Origin: a virus
IMG/VR virus record: IMGVR_UViG_3300032313_000668
Span: 54,252 to 118,251 of that record
Length of the DNA: 64,000 nucleotides
Reading direction: 5' to 3' (one strand)
Shown here: positions 47,911-56,513 of the stretch, piece by piece
How the letters are laid out: every line of letters begins with the position of its first letter
Position numbering within the stretch: position 1 is the stretch's first letter
Notes under the pieces: generated by a model
The model's input: only the letters and a program-made list of their open reading frames with translations
Databases searched by the model: none
What the model was told of the DNA's origin: nothing
Position numbers and translations under genes: made by a program

Positions 47911-48084
47911 ATGGCAACCTATGAATACAAGTGCGACAAGGAGCACATCTATACTGAAGTCAGAGGTATGACTGAAGACCAAAAGGTCACAAAATGCCCT
48001 GAGTGCAGTGGAGATTTGAAGCGCATCTTCTATTCAGCCCCTGTACAGTTCAAGGGGCGCGGCTTTTATAAAACAGGAGGATAA
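47911..48084 (+). CDS. FmdB-family zinc-ribbon protein (not in the ORF track)
   Basis: MATYEYKC...CPECSG.LKRIF..PV.FKG.GFY.T. Confidence 0.85.
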   Translation: MATYEYKCDKEHIYTEVRGMTEDQKVTKCPECSGDLKRIFYSAPVQFKGRGFYKTGG

Positions 48085-48309
48085 ATGCAAACCGAGATTT
48101 ACTATCTACTTTGTTACGATGTTGTTGAAAGAAAATGGTACGCGGCTGACCAAATGCTTGGCAACCTTACTCACAACAAAGGTCAAGTTTTAGAGGGAGA
48201 GGGAGCAGAGGGTAAGTTTCGACCACTCGAAGGCGACCTGGAAATTGATATTGACTTTGATAACACAGAAGCTTTAAGCGAGTTTATTAGAAACCAAAAC
48301 AATGCCTAA
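48085..48309 (+). CDS. Hypothetical protein
   Basis: AGGAGG RBS. Confidence 0.75.
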   Translation: MQTEIYYLLCYDVVERKWYAADQMLGNLTHNKGQVLEGEGAEGKFRPLEGDLEIDIDFDNTEALSEFIRNQNNA

Positions 48310-48493
48310 GGCTAAAAAGCCACCTAGCCCGATGGTTCTCGAGGTTGTTGATGACTATCCTGAGTGGAAGCATAAAATTCTTAAGCTTGTTGCACGCTTG
48401 TTATTTTTAAAAAGAACAAATTATGTGATACTTATTCACACTATAAAGACAGAGGATAAAAATGGACGAAAACCTAGAGCACGAGTTTCTTAA
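48302..48493 (+). CDS. Hypothetical protein
   Basis: Overlapping small ORF. Confidence 0.5.
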   Translation: MPKAKKPPSPMVLEVVDDYPEWKHKILKLVARLLFLKRTNYVILIHTIKTEDKNGRKPRARVS

Positions 48494-48638
48494 CCTAGAG
48501 TTCCGTATTCTTGTTGCAGAAGAAGCTATTCAAGATGTGCAGAAAAGAGCAACAGCACTTCTGTCCGATATACAAGACTGGAAGAAGAAGTATGCAACTG
48601 CTATAAGCGATGACGAAGAATACTGGAAGGCTGACTAG
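48462..48638 (+). CDS. Small coiled-coil protein (not in the ORF track)
   Basis: GAGGA RBS; MDENLEHEFLNLEFR...; coupled to the deaminase. Confidence 0.6.
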   Translation: MDENLEHEFLNLEFRILVAEEAIQDVQKRATALLSDIQDWKKKYATAISDDEEYWKAD

Positions 48639-49021
48639 TGGTTAGACCAGACTGGGACACTTACTATCTAGGTATTGCTAAGGCAGTCTCTGCTCGAGGT
48701 GATTGTGTCCGTGCTCAACATGGAGCAGTTGTTGTTAAAGACTACAAGATTGTTAGCACTGGTTATAACGGAACACCTCCAGGTGATGACCGTTCTTGTG
48801 GTGCTACAGGTCAATGTCCCCGTGCACTTGACCCAACTGCTAAACACGCAGAAGGAAACTATGACCTTTGTTGGTCAACTCACGCAGAGGCAAATGCTCT
48901 TTTAAGAGCAGGCTGGTGGTCAGAATTAAATAAAGCCACTATTTACATCACAGGTAAGCCTTGTCCTGGATGTCTTAAACTTATTAACTCGGCAGGAATC
49001 GAAAGGATTGTCCACGCATGA
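48638..49021 (+). CDS. dCMP deaminase
   Basis: RPDWD.YY, TGYNG, HAEANA, PCPGC. Confidence 0.9.
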   Translation: MVRPDWDTYYLGIAKAVSARGDCVRAQHGAVVVKDYKIVSTGYNGTPPGDDRSCGATGQCPRALDPTAKHAEGNYDLCWSTHAEANALLRAGWWSELNKATIYITGKPCPGCLKLINSAGIERIVHA

Positions 49022-49242
49022 CGGTAACTCTCTACACCACACCCAACTGTGTACAGTGCAACGCAACTAAAAAGCATTTAGACCGCAGAGATATTCCATA
49101 CGAAGTTGTTGACCTAACAGAGAACCCAGACAAGTTAGAGATGTTTCTTTCTCAAGGTTTACGCACGGCTCCAATTGTTGTAACTGATAATGGAATCTGG
49201 AGCGGGTATCGTCCTGCAGAGATTGACGCCATAAAAAAGTAA
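49018..49242 (+). CDS. nrdH: NrdH-like glutaredoxin
   Basis: CVQC, APIV, WSGYRP. Confidence 0.9.
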   Translation: MTVTLYTTPNCVQCNATKKHLDRRDIPYEVVDLTENPDKLEMFLSQGLRTAPIVVTDNGIWSGYRPAEIDAIKK

Positions 49243-49254
49243 TCAAACAGCCAA

Positions 49255-49330
49255 TGGACCGTAGCTCAGTTGGCAGAGCGGGGCACTGTTAATGCCTAGG
49301 TCACAGGTTCGAGCCCTGTCGGTCCAGCCA
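49255..49330 (+). tRNA. tRNA-Asn(GTT)
   Basis: Full cloverleaf; anticodon arm GGGCA-CTGTTAA-TGCCT; encoded CCA. Confidence 0.95.
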
Positions 49331-49331
49331 A

Positions 49332-49409
49332 GCGGGTGTCGCACATTCGGAGGTGTACTCAGTTTATAGGATGGCTGGGAGGAAGTTGGTTCGATTCCAA
49401 CCACCCGCA
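49332..49409 (+). ncRNA. tRNA-like RNA with a 12-nt anticodon loop
   Basis: Acceptor GCGGGTG/CACCCGC, D stem GCAC/GTGT, stem CTCAG/CTGGG enclosing TTTATAGGATGG, T arm GTTGG-TTCGATT-CCAAC. Confidence 0.8.
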
Positions 49410-49500
49410 CTTTCAATCTCACACAATATTTCAAACGGTAAAATTTTTCTATGAAGTAAATTACTTCAGCAAGACAAGCACAGAAATTGAGAGTGAGCAT

Positions 49501-49908
49501 ATGGCACTTCCAATTGCTGGAGGCAAGATAACTACACCCTTCGCTAAGCCAGGAAAGATGTGGTCAACAGGAAGACACGAAGGTGTGGATTTCGCTTGCC
49601 CCAAAGGAACACCAGTCCTTGCTTGTGCAGATGGCACTGTCGTCGGTACAGGTATTTGGGGTGGTGCTTACGGAAAACATTCGTTAGTCATCAGGCATAA
49701 AGTTGGAGAGCAAACCCTCTTCACAATGTATGCACATGGACAAAAACTTCATGTGAAAAAAGGTGACAAGGTGGTTAAGGGACAGCATGTTCTGGACGCA
49801 GGAGCAGAAGGAAATGTAACTGGTCCTCATCTCCACCTAGAGTGTCAAGCAAAGCCAACATGGACTAGGGGTGGAGGAATCAACCCAGCAGGTCTATTGG
49901 CTCTGTAA
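49501..49908 (+). CDS. M23 peptidase (catalytic domain only)
   Basis: HEGVDF, YAH, GNVTGPHLHLE. Confidence 0.9.
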   Translation: MALPIAGGKITTPFAKPGKMWSTGRHEGVDFACPKGTPVLACADGTVVGTGIWGGAYGKHSLVIRHKVGEQTLFTMYAHGQKLHVKKGDKVVKGQHVLDAGAEGNVTGPHLHLECQAKPTWTRGGGINPAGLLAL

Positions 49909-49970
49909 TAAAACAAAGCAAACGGGATAGGTTGTTGAAACCTGTCCCGTTTTGCATTAGGCTTTTAGAT

Positions 49971-50432
49971 ATGAAGAAACCAGTTATTGCAACAATTGTT
50001 CTTGCTTTACTAGGTGTAGGAGTTGTCTCCTTATACCAGCCACCAGCAGATTGCGTAAGCATTTATATCGACTATGGCTCCCTTGATTCTGCCGCTACTT
50101 TAGAGAAGTGCATTCCCACTTCAGGAGAAGCTCATGCCCTTGAGCTTTTAGCTAGTGCTAAAATTACTACCGAGGGAACCCAGAAATACGGCAACGCTGT
50201 TCTTTGTCGTCTTAATGGTCTTCCTGATGCCACAGTAGAAAGCTGCGAAGAAATGCCTCCCGCAGAAGCATATTGGGCAGTGTATGTAAAAGAGCACGAA
50301 GTATTCCCGATTCCTTTCAATACTGCAGGTGAGTGGGGTTGGGCACAGACTGGAATCGACGAAGTTCACCTTCACAATGGTGATTCGCTTGGTTTAGTAT
50401 TTATTGAAAACGGAGAAGTTAGGTACCCATGA
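49971..50432 (+). CDS. Membrane-anchored DUF4430 / transcobalamin-C-terminal-like protein
   Basis: N-terminal TM; ALELL...EGT..YG..VLCRLNGLP...C...PP..AYW.VY...W.WAQTGI....L..GD.L.L.F. Confidence 0.65.
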   Translation: MKKPVIATIVLALLGVGVVSLYQPPADCVSIYIDYGSLDSAATLEKCIPTSGEAHALELLASAKITTEGTQKYGNAVLCRLNGLPDATVESCEEMPPAEAYWAVYVKEHEVFPIPFNTAGEWGWAQTGIDEVHLHNGDSLGLVFIENGEVRYP

Positions 50433-50602
50433 TTACAAAGACACGTCCTTCAGAGACTGTAACGACAGAAGTCAAAGAAGAGGCGCGTCTTGATTGGGAA
50501 CAAATCGCCAAGGCTACAATTCAGCTAGGGTTTGTCATTGCAACTATGTTTGTTGCACATTCGCTTTACATATCTGTGTGGCGTATGATGACAGGACACT
50601 AA
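50429..50602 (+). CDS. Small single-pass membrane protein (not in the ORF track)
   Basis: ATGA overlap with the upstream gene; C-terminal TM. Confidence 0.6.
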   Translation: MITKTRPSETVTTEVKEEARLDWEQIAKATIQLGFVIATMFVAHSLYISVWRMMTGH

Positions 50603-50675
50603 GCCTCGGTCGTCTAGCGGTTAGGACATCTCCCTCTCACGGAGAAGGTCGTGGGTTCGAATCCCATCCGAGGTA
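50603..50675 (+). tRNA. tRNA-Glu(CTC)
   Basis: Cloverleaf; TCTCC-CTCTCAC-GGAGA. Confidence 0.95.
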
Positions 50676-50684
50676 CGGAAACTA

Positions 50685-50755
50685 TCCCTGTTCGTCTAAT
50701 GGCAAGACTCTGGTTTCTGGCACCAGCAATTGAGGTTCGAGTCCTTGGCAGGGAG
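50685..50755 (+). tRNA. tRNA-Gln(CTG)
   Basis: Cloverleaf; CTGGT-TTCTGGC-ACCAG. Confidence 0.93.
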
Positions 50756-50771
50756 CATATTAAGGAGAAAA

Positions 50772-51338
50772 ATGGTAAACCTAACTCGCATTTACACCAA
50801 GACTGGTGACGACGGAACAACTTCACTTGGCGACATGAGTCGCACATCTAAGAATGACCCAAGACTTGAAGCGTTCGCTACCGTCGATGAAGCAAACTCT
50901 TATATAGGAGTTGCTCTTCTACATGTAGATAACTACAACATTCGTACCTTGCTAGTTAAAATTCAAAATGACATGTTTGATGTTGGTGCTGATTTATGTA
51001 CTCCAGTAGTTGAAGAACCAAAGATTACCCCCCTTCGCGTTACACAAGAGCAAATTGACTCATTAGAAGCAGAGATTGATAAATACAACTCAGCACTAAA
51101 GCCACTTCGTTCTTTTGTTCTGCCAAGTGGAACTCCAGCATCTGCACATCTACATGTTGCTCGCACAGTTGTTCGTCGCGCAGAACGAGCAACCTGGCAC
51201 GCTATTCACCAGTTCGGTGAAGGTGTTAGTGTGTTAACTGCTAAGTACTTAAATCGTCTTAGTGACCTTTTGTTTGTTCTGGCTCGATACGAAAACCGTG
51301 AGCTAGGAGATGACCTCTGGGTTCCAGGTGGTCTATAA
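50772..51338 (+). CDS. pduO: ATP:cob(I)alamin adenosyltransferase, PduO type
   Basis: RIYTKTGDDGTTSLG, TVDEANS, IQNDMFDVGADL, FVLPSG, ARTVVRRAER, YLNRLSDLLF. Confidence 0.95.
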   Translation: MVNLTRIYTKTGDDGTTSLGDMSRTSKNDPRLEAFATVDEANSYIGVALLHVDNYNIRTLLVKIQNDMFDVGADLCTPVVEEPKITPLRVTQEQIDSLEAEIDKYNSALKPLRSFVLPSGTPASAHLHVARTVVRRAERATWHAIHQFGEGVSVLTAKYLNRLSDLLFVLARYENRELGDDLWVPGGL

Positions 51339-51348
51339 TCGAAACACC

Positions 51349-51423
51349 GCCCTGATAGCTCAGTGGTAGAGCATTCGCCTTGTAAGCGAAGGGTCGTCAG
51401 TTCAATCCTGACTCGGGGCTCCA
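51349..51423 (+). tRNA. tRNA-Thr(TGT)
   Basis: Cloverleaf; TTCGC-CTTGTAA-GCGAA; encoded CCA. Confidence 0.95.
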
Positions 51424-51442
51424 CTTAGACTAGACTCATTAC

Positions 51443-52231
51443 ATGATAAGTCAGCCTTATAAAGACATTCCAGACAGCATCTCTTTGCTTATGGACCAGC
51501 TAATTGACCCCGCAGACTCTTATCATCTTGGGCACGCTCGTCGCCACGCTCGTACGGTTCAAACTCTTCTAGACCAAAAACCAAAGGGAAAGCTCCTAGA
51601 ACTAGGTACTAGCCATCTTGTTCCAATTATGTTGAACCATCTTGCTCCTAAACTTGAGATTCATGTGACTGACTTTGACTTAGATAAGCCAAAGAAGGGA
51701 AAGATGTTTGTATCTATGGGAGCTGACAAGCTAGAAGTTCCCGTCTACCGTGTAGACCTAGAGACCCAACAACTTCCAGTTGATGATGCCACTTTTGACT
51801 ATGTACTTTGTTGTGAAGTCATAGAGCACCTGGAGCTAGACCCAATGTTTATGATTTCTGAGATTAATCGAGTGTTAAAGCCAGGTGGCACCCTTATCCT
51901 CACCACCCCCAACATCACAAGTAGTCGAGCTATTTGGAAGATTCTTCGTGGACTTGAGCCTTACTTTTACATGCAGTATCGCCACAAGCCAGCTTTATAT
52001 CGTCACAACTATGAATACAGCCCATACACCATAACTCAAGTGCTCAAAGCTGGTGGATTTGACGGTTCGGTGTGGACTGAAGATTCTTTTGAAGACGGGA
52101 CAACAGAAGATATAGCAAAATTAAAGTCTGTAGGCTACGCTATGAGTAGTCTTGGAGACAACATTTTTGTTGTAGCTAAAAAAGTGAACACAGTAATTAA
52201 CCGCCATCCAGCAGTAATTTACGCAGACTAG
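51443..52231 (+). CDS. Class I SAM-dependent methyltransferase
   Basis: LLELG, FDYVLCCEVIEHL, RVLKPGG.LILTTPN. Confidence 0.9.
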   Translation: MISQPYKDIPDSISLLMDQLIDPADSYHLGHARRHARTVQTLLDQKPKGKLLELGTSHLVPIMLNHLAPKLEIHVTDFDLDKPKKGKMFVSMGADKLEVPVYRVDLETQQLPVDDATFDYVLCCEVIEHLELDPMFMISEINRVLKPGGTLILTTPNITSSRAIWKILRGLEPYFYMQYRHKPALYRHNYEYSPYTITQVLKAGGFDGSVWTEDSFEDGTTEDIAKLKSVGYAMSSLGDNIFVVAKKVNTVINRHPAVIYAD

Positions 52232-52238
52232 GATAACG

Positions 52239-53192
52239 ATGCCAAAGCAAGACGAGAGCTACCCAACAATCCATCAAATCGGTGGAGTGATTACCGATGT
52301 GCGCCGTCTAGTTGACCCTACAAATAAAAACTGGGGAGCGACAAATCCTTCTATTGGTTACCATCCTAAAAAAGGACTTGCTGTAGCAATTCGTTCTAGT
52401 AACTATGTCATTATGGGAAATGGTTCTTATACCGTCACAGAGGGAACAACCATTAAGTCCCATGTTTGGTTTGCTGAATTAGATAAAGAGCTTAAGTGTA
52501 AAAACCTTAGACGAATTGACGTCTCTGGAACCGATATCAAAATCGAACGCGGTCTCGAGGACCCAAAGTTATTTTGGCGTGACGGTGGTTGGTACTTCAC
52601 ATGCGTGACTATGGAGCAGGGACACACCCCCGTTGCTCGCATGGCAATTGCAAAGCTTGATGCAAAGTGCACAAAAGTTGTTGAGTTGACGAAGTTTGCG
52701 GGCGTCGATGCAGAACGTCCCGAAAAGAACTGGATGTTGCCATACGAACCAAACGAAAACTTTGACTTTATTTATGGTCCCAACGCAACCATAAAAGACG
52801 GGCTTTTAATAACTCGTATGAGTGACCACCCAGCAATTTCTATGCTTCGTGGTAATACAAATCTTCACTTAATGGAAGACGGAACATACCTTGGGGTCAT
52901 GCATCGAACCTTTGTAAAGCAGCAGACCAACTGGGTACCAACCACCTTCGGAACAACTTCTGTATATCTTCGTACTTATGTCCACTATTTCGTACAGTTT
53001 GATAGTAAGGGCATGATTATTGCTCTCTCAAGGGGTTTTAACTTCCACAAGCCAGGAGTCGAATTTGCTGCTGGATTAGTAGTCAAAGATAAAAATGCTC
53101 TTATATCTTTTGGTAGAGAGGATATATCTAGCCACATTGCCACTATGCCAATGGAGACAATCCTCAAATCACTACTGCCAGTGAAGTACTAA
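52239..53192 (+). CDS. Beta-propeller glycoside hydrolase/phosphorylase-like protein (GH130/GH43-like)
   Basis: NPSI, GLEDPKLF, EKNWMP-like motif, VEFAAGL. Confidence 0.7.
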   Translation: MPKQDESYPTIHQIGGVITDVRRLVDPTNKNWGATNPSIGYHPKKGLAVAIRSSNYVIMGNGSYTVTEGTTIKSHVWFAELDKELKCKNLRRIDVSGTDIKIERGLEDPKLFWRDGGWYFTCVTMEQGHTPVARMAIAKLDAKCTKVVELTKFAGVDAERPEKNWMLPYEPNENFDFIYGPNATIKDGLLITRMSDHPAISMLRGNTNLHLMEDGTYLGVMHRTFVKQQTNWVPTTFGTTSVYLRTYVHYFVQFDSKGMIIALSRGFNFHKPGVEFAAGLVVKDKNALISFGREDISSHIATMPMETILKSLLPVKY

Positions 53193-53201
53193 ACTGGAGA
53201 T

Positions 53202-53441
53202 ATGAAACCACTTCTAGGCTCAGGTACCTCGTATCAAGAGGACATCAAAACATACACTGAAGATGGTGACCACGAGCGCCACGCCCACTACGCCCCTAAA
53301 GACGAGGTAATGTACTCTCTAGTTGAAGGGGTCCCAATTATGGCTTTATGTGGAAAGATATGGATTCCTAATAGAGACCCTAAAAAGTTCCCAATCTGCC
53401 CAACCTGTAAAGAGATTTACGCGGGAATGCAGAGTGAGTGA
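53202..53441 (+). CDS. DUF3039-family protein
   Basis: GDHER.AHY...G.P..ALCGK.W.P.RDP.K.PICP.CKEIY. Confidence 0.9.
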   Translation: MKPLLGSGTSYQEDIKTYTEDGDHERHAHYAPKDEVMYSLVEGVPIMALCGKIWIPNRDPKKFPICPTCKEIYAGMQSE

Positions 53442-53667
53442 GCAGGGGACTGCAGAGCTAGAGCTTGAACCAACAGAGCCCATCTCTGAAGAGGTTGAGT
53501 CATATACTCGCCTAGAACGCTGTGACCAGTGCGCTGTAGCTCAGGCTTTTTACAGAGTTGAATTTGAATCAGGCTTTTTATTTTTGTGTCGTCATCATTA
53601 TTTAAAGCATGAAGCAAAGATTTTTGAAACAGCCGTTGACGTTGTAGACGAGTCAGACCTTCTCTAG
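53434..53667 (+). CDS. Actinobacterial small zinc-binding protein (DUF7455-like)
   Basis: RCDQC..AQA...G.L.LC.HH...HE. Confidence 0.7.
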   Translation: MSEQGTAELELEPTEPISEEVESYTRLERCDQCAVAQAFYRVEFESGFLFLCRHHYLKHEAKIFETAVDVVDESDLL

Positions 53668-53676
53668 AATAGAAGG

Positions 53677-54168
53677 ATGACTAAGAAGTTTTTAGTAATT
53701 CCTGTAGCTGTAGCGTTTTTTATCTTTCAAACAACTTTTCCACTTTCTGCAGCTTCTAAAGAGAAAGTTCAATGGAAGTCTGAGAATCCTCAATGGATTC
53801 AAGCAAACAAATGGACAACTTTAGATTTTGATGGCAAGAAAGCTATAACCAAACTTGATAGGAATCGAGCACTTTATTGTGCCCAAGTTGGTCTTAAATA
53901 TAAGAAAAAGCCTAAGTACGTCAAAATAAGATTTGCTCGTCTACTACCAAATGGCACACGAGACACTACCGCCACCAACACCTGGGTTATGGGTAAAAAC
54001 TCGCCAAAGACTTTTCATGGCTCAATGTGCTGGTCTATTAGCACCAAGCATCCAGTTGTCGTACAAGTGAAAATAGGCGGGACTGGTAAATACCAATCCC
54101 ACCTACGTCAGTTTAAAGCGTGGTCTCCATCATCTGATATTGCAGATGACATTATGGAGTTTAATTAA
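53677..54168 (+). CDS. Secreted basic protein
   Basis: Signal peptide, Lys-rich beta-type body. Confidence 0.7.
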   Translation: MTKKFLVIPVAVAFFIFQTTFPLSAASKEKVQWKSENPQWIQANKWTTLDFDGKKAITKLDRNRALYCAQVGLKYKKKPKYVKIRFARLLPNGTRDTTATNTWVMGKNSPKTFHGSMCWSISTKHPVVVQVKIGGTGKYQSHLRQFKAWSPSSDIADDIMEFN

Positions 54169-54482
54169 GCCTCTTCTACAACTTCCACAACTGTGTCAAT
54201 TTCTAGCTCACCGACTGGTTCTTCAGATGGAAGATAGGTCATTTCAGCAATTTGACGAATGTCAACTGCTTTGACCTCAGGAGCTGGTTCAAAACGATGC
54301 ATGGTAACTTCCATGTCAAGGTCATCTTCCTGAACATCTGACACTACAAAGAACTCGTGGTCGCGCCAAACAATCTTCTTTTCATCTGCAGGAGCAGCTA
54401 CTGAGCAGCTTTCAACGTGCCTAGATAGGACAGTAACGTTGTCTGGGTATTCACTGAACCCACATGCTGGTAGACATTTCAT
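54165..54482 (-). CDS. Hypothetical protein
   Basis: GGAGG RBS; C...C...H...C. Confidence 0.65.
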   Translation of the reverse strand: MKCLPACGFSEYPDNVTVLSRHVESCSVAAPADEKKIVWRDHEFFVVSDVQEDDLDMEVTMHRFEPAPEVKAVDIRQIAEMTYLPSEEPVGELEIDTVVEVVEEA

Positions 54483-54506
54483 GATTTTCCTCCAATGATG
54501 GTGTTT

Positions 54507-54821
54507 TTATTCTACACTTCTTTTGTCTACCTTATTAGGTCGTATCTTGGTTTTCCAGTGGACTGTCTTAATTCGGACTGGCGCGAAGGAGCGGAACTGC
54601 TTTGCGCCCTTGGACCCCCCAACAACGTCAATCCACTCAACATCAAGTTTCGGGTTGTAGACGTGCCTAATAAACTGAAACCGACCTCTTTCGTCTTGTA
54701 TAGAAAGTTCTGTGCCTTTAACCAGTTTTCTTCCATGCGCCGTCCATTCTTCACTTATCACCCAATGAGATGATGGATTTAAGTGCTCTTCCCTTTGTAC
54801 GGGTTTCTTCTTTCTAGCCAT
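54507..54821 (-). CDS. Conserved actinophage basic protein
   Basis: GTELSI..ERGRF.F..HV.....EWID..GG....RSF. Confidence 0.7.
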   Translation of the reverse strand: MARKKKPVQREEHLNPSSHWVISEEWTAHGRKLVKGTELSIQDERGRFQFIRHVYNPKLDVEWIDVVGGSKGAKQFRSFAPVRIKTVHWKTKIRPNKVDKRSVE

Positions 54822-54927
54822 GATTCTATGATGGCCTTCCTGCTATAAATAATCAAGTATTAATTAACAACTTACAACTTACAATAGTAGCTCTCTTAGC
54901 TATTACGACTTACTGTAAACTATACAA

Positions 54928-55179
54928 ATGAGCGAGAAGCCAGAAGAGCCAGATTTTAACGCACTCGAAGATGAGATGCGTATGAGCCCCATGGACCAAG
55001 ATGCAGTTCAGATGCACGAGCTCTATCAATCTCTTGCTAGAGCAGGCTTCCGCGAAAAAGCGGCTCTCTACCTTGTAGCCATGATTGTTAACGAATCCAT
55101 GGAAGAACCTGCTGGAATCACCTTTACCCTTGACCCTGAAGGAATGGAAGATGATTCCGAAGATGATGACGGAACGTGA
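54928..55179 (+). CDS. Acidic hypothetical protein
   Basis: HELYQSL..AGF....AL motif. Confidence 0.75.
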   Translation: MSEKPEEPDFNALEDEMRMSPMDQDAVQMHELYQSLARAGFREKAALYLVAMIVNESMEEPAGITFTLDPEGMEDDSEDDDGT

Positions 55180-55203
55180 GCCTGAAAAATCACATTTTTG
55201 GTT

Positions 55204-55518
55204 TTAGTCTTTCTGACTTAGACCATCGTCTTTTGTAAGATACTCAATCACTTCAGACTCTTCTGCATCGTAGTAGCCAATCTTTCCATCTATGTAACCC
55301 TTGATTACTCTTGGCGCTATAAAGGATAAAATTTCTCGGCTCTCACATACGTTGCAGGCACAGAACGGAATACCGCTTTCTGTAAACGGGTCTGCCTCAG
55401 GAGTGCCTTCTTCAGCATCCACCGAGTCATACAGGGTTCCCATATATTCTTCTAGACCGTTTTGCAGGTCTTGAGCCCATGCAGGGTCTCTAATCTCAAA
55501 CTTCATAAATTCTTGCAT
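55204..55518 (-). CDS. Hypothetical protein (FCAC..C..RE)
   Basis: ORF. Confidence 0.65.
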   Translation of the reverse strand: MQEFMKFEIRDPAWAQDLQNGLEEYMGTLYDSVDAEEGTPEADPFTESGIPFCACNVCESREILSFIAPRVIKGYIDGKIGYYDAEESEVIEYLTKDDGLSQKD

Positions 55519-55572
55519 GTATCAATAATGCCGCTCTTTGTAATAATCCGCAAGTACTCTATACTCAGTTCT

Positions 55573-55812
55573 ATGATTTATGCACGCATCCCAGAGTACG
55601 ACGTTTACGTCTTCCGCACCGAGTCTGGACCAGTCCAGTGCTCGCTTTGTTCCTTTGGGGACATGCTTGAAGCATTCTTTAGAGCAGAGAGCACACAAGA
55701 GATGGTTGACCACCTCAAGGCCCACGAGCGCAAAGGTGACAACATCCCAGGTCACATCTACGACATGCTTTGGACAGACGACCCAACCAACTACCCCCTC
55801 CCTAAAAAGTAA
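55573..55812 (+). CDS. Small zinc-binding protein
   Basis: YAR....DVYVF...C.LC...HL..H...GD. Confidence 0.7.
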   Translation: MIYARIPEYDVYVFRTESGPVQCSLCSFGDMLEAFFRAESTQEMVDHLKAHERKGDNIPGHIYDMLWTDDPTNYPLPKK

Positions 55813-55850
55813 CTCGTCCGCTTCTTATAACGGAACGGAAGTCCAGAGAA

Positions 55851-56513
55851 TTGACATTTACAGCAATTGTGCTGGCAGCAGGAGAAGGCAAACGCTGGGG
55901 CAACTACACAGGCGTTCCCAAACATCTTTTAGAGATAGAGGGCGAATCTTTAATCCAGCGCACAACTAGGCAGATTTCTGCATATGCAGATAAAACCTTT
56001 GTTGTTGGAACGGACAGCTCTTACAAGACTGACTTCTCAGAGTTATTTGTACCTGAACAAAAGCAGCCAGCTCTGGAGATGCACAAGTTTTCATCATCTC
56101 AAGAACTATGGTCCGAGCGGACAGTTTTGCTATTTGGAGATACTTACTACACAGATGAAGCCATCTCCACGATTGTTCAAGATACCGAGGATTTTACTTT
56201 CTTCTTGCGAAGTGGCCCCTCTAGTTTTACTCAAAAACCCCACGGGGAGATTTACGCTTTTTCTTTTTGGGACTCTGTTCACGAAAGACTTCAACAAAGC
56301 ATTGACAATCTTTTAAGACAGCAGGATATCTACAGTGCTGGTGGCTGGGCTCTTATGAGACATCTTCTAGGAGTAAGCCACAGAAGCAGAACTAAAACTC
56401 ATCTGTCTAAAGGACACTACATAGAAATAGATGGCTGGACGGAAGACTTTGACTTCCCAGTGGATTTAGATAGGTGGCTAGAGGCTAGGACTGATTGGCA
56501 ATCCAAGCTGTAA
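55851..56513 (+). CDS. NTP-transferase (sugar/phosphocholine nucleotidyltransferase-like)
   Basis: IVLAAGEGKRW...PKHLL.I.GE.LI; LLFGD; DFDFPVD. Confidence 0.8.
   Translation: MTFTAIVLAAGEGKRWGNYTGVPKHLLEIEGESLIQRTTRQISAYADKTFVVGTDSSYKTDFSELFVPEQKQPALEMHKFSSSQELWSERTVLLFGDTYYTDEAISTIVQDTEDFTFFLRSGPSSFTQKPHGEIYAFSFWDSVHERLQQSIDNLLRQQDIYSAGGWALMRHLLGVSHRSRTKTHLSKGHYIEIDGWTEDFDFPVDLDRWLEARTDWQSKL

Noticed and set aside
49243-49500. ORFs overlapping the tRNA genes (49243-49500, 49336 N-terminal extension, 50494-50733, 50614-50847, 51206-51424)
   Set aside because: These are shadow ORFs of tRNA sequences.
49909-49970. Cobalamin riboswitch upstream of the DUF4430-like gene, pduO or nrdJ
   Set aside because: Only one long hairpin (GCAAACGGGATAGG...CCTGTCCCGTTTTGC) is present. 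No B12-box is seen and the leaders are too short.
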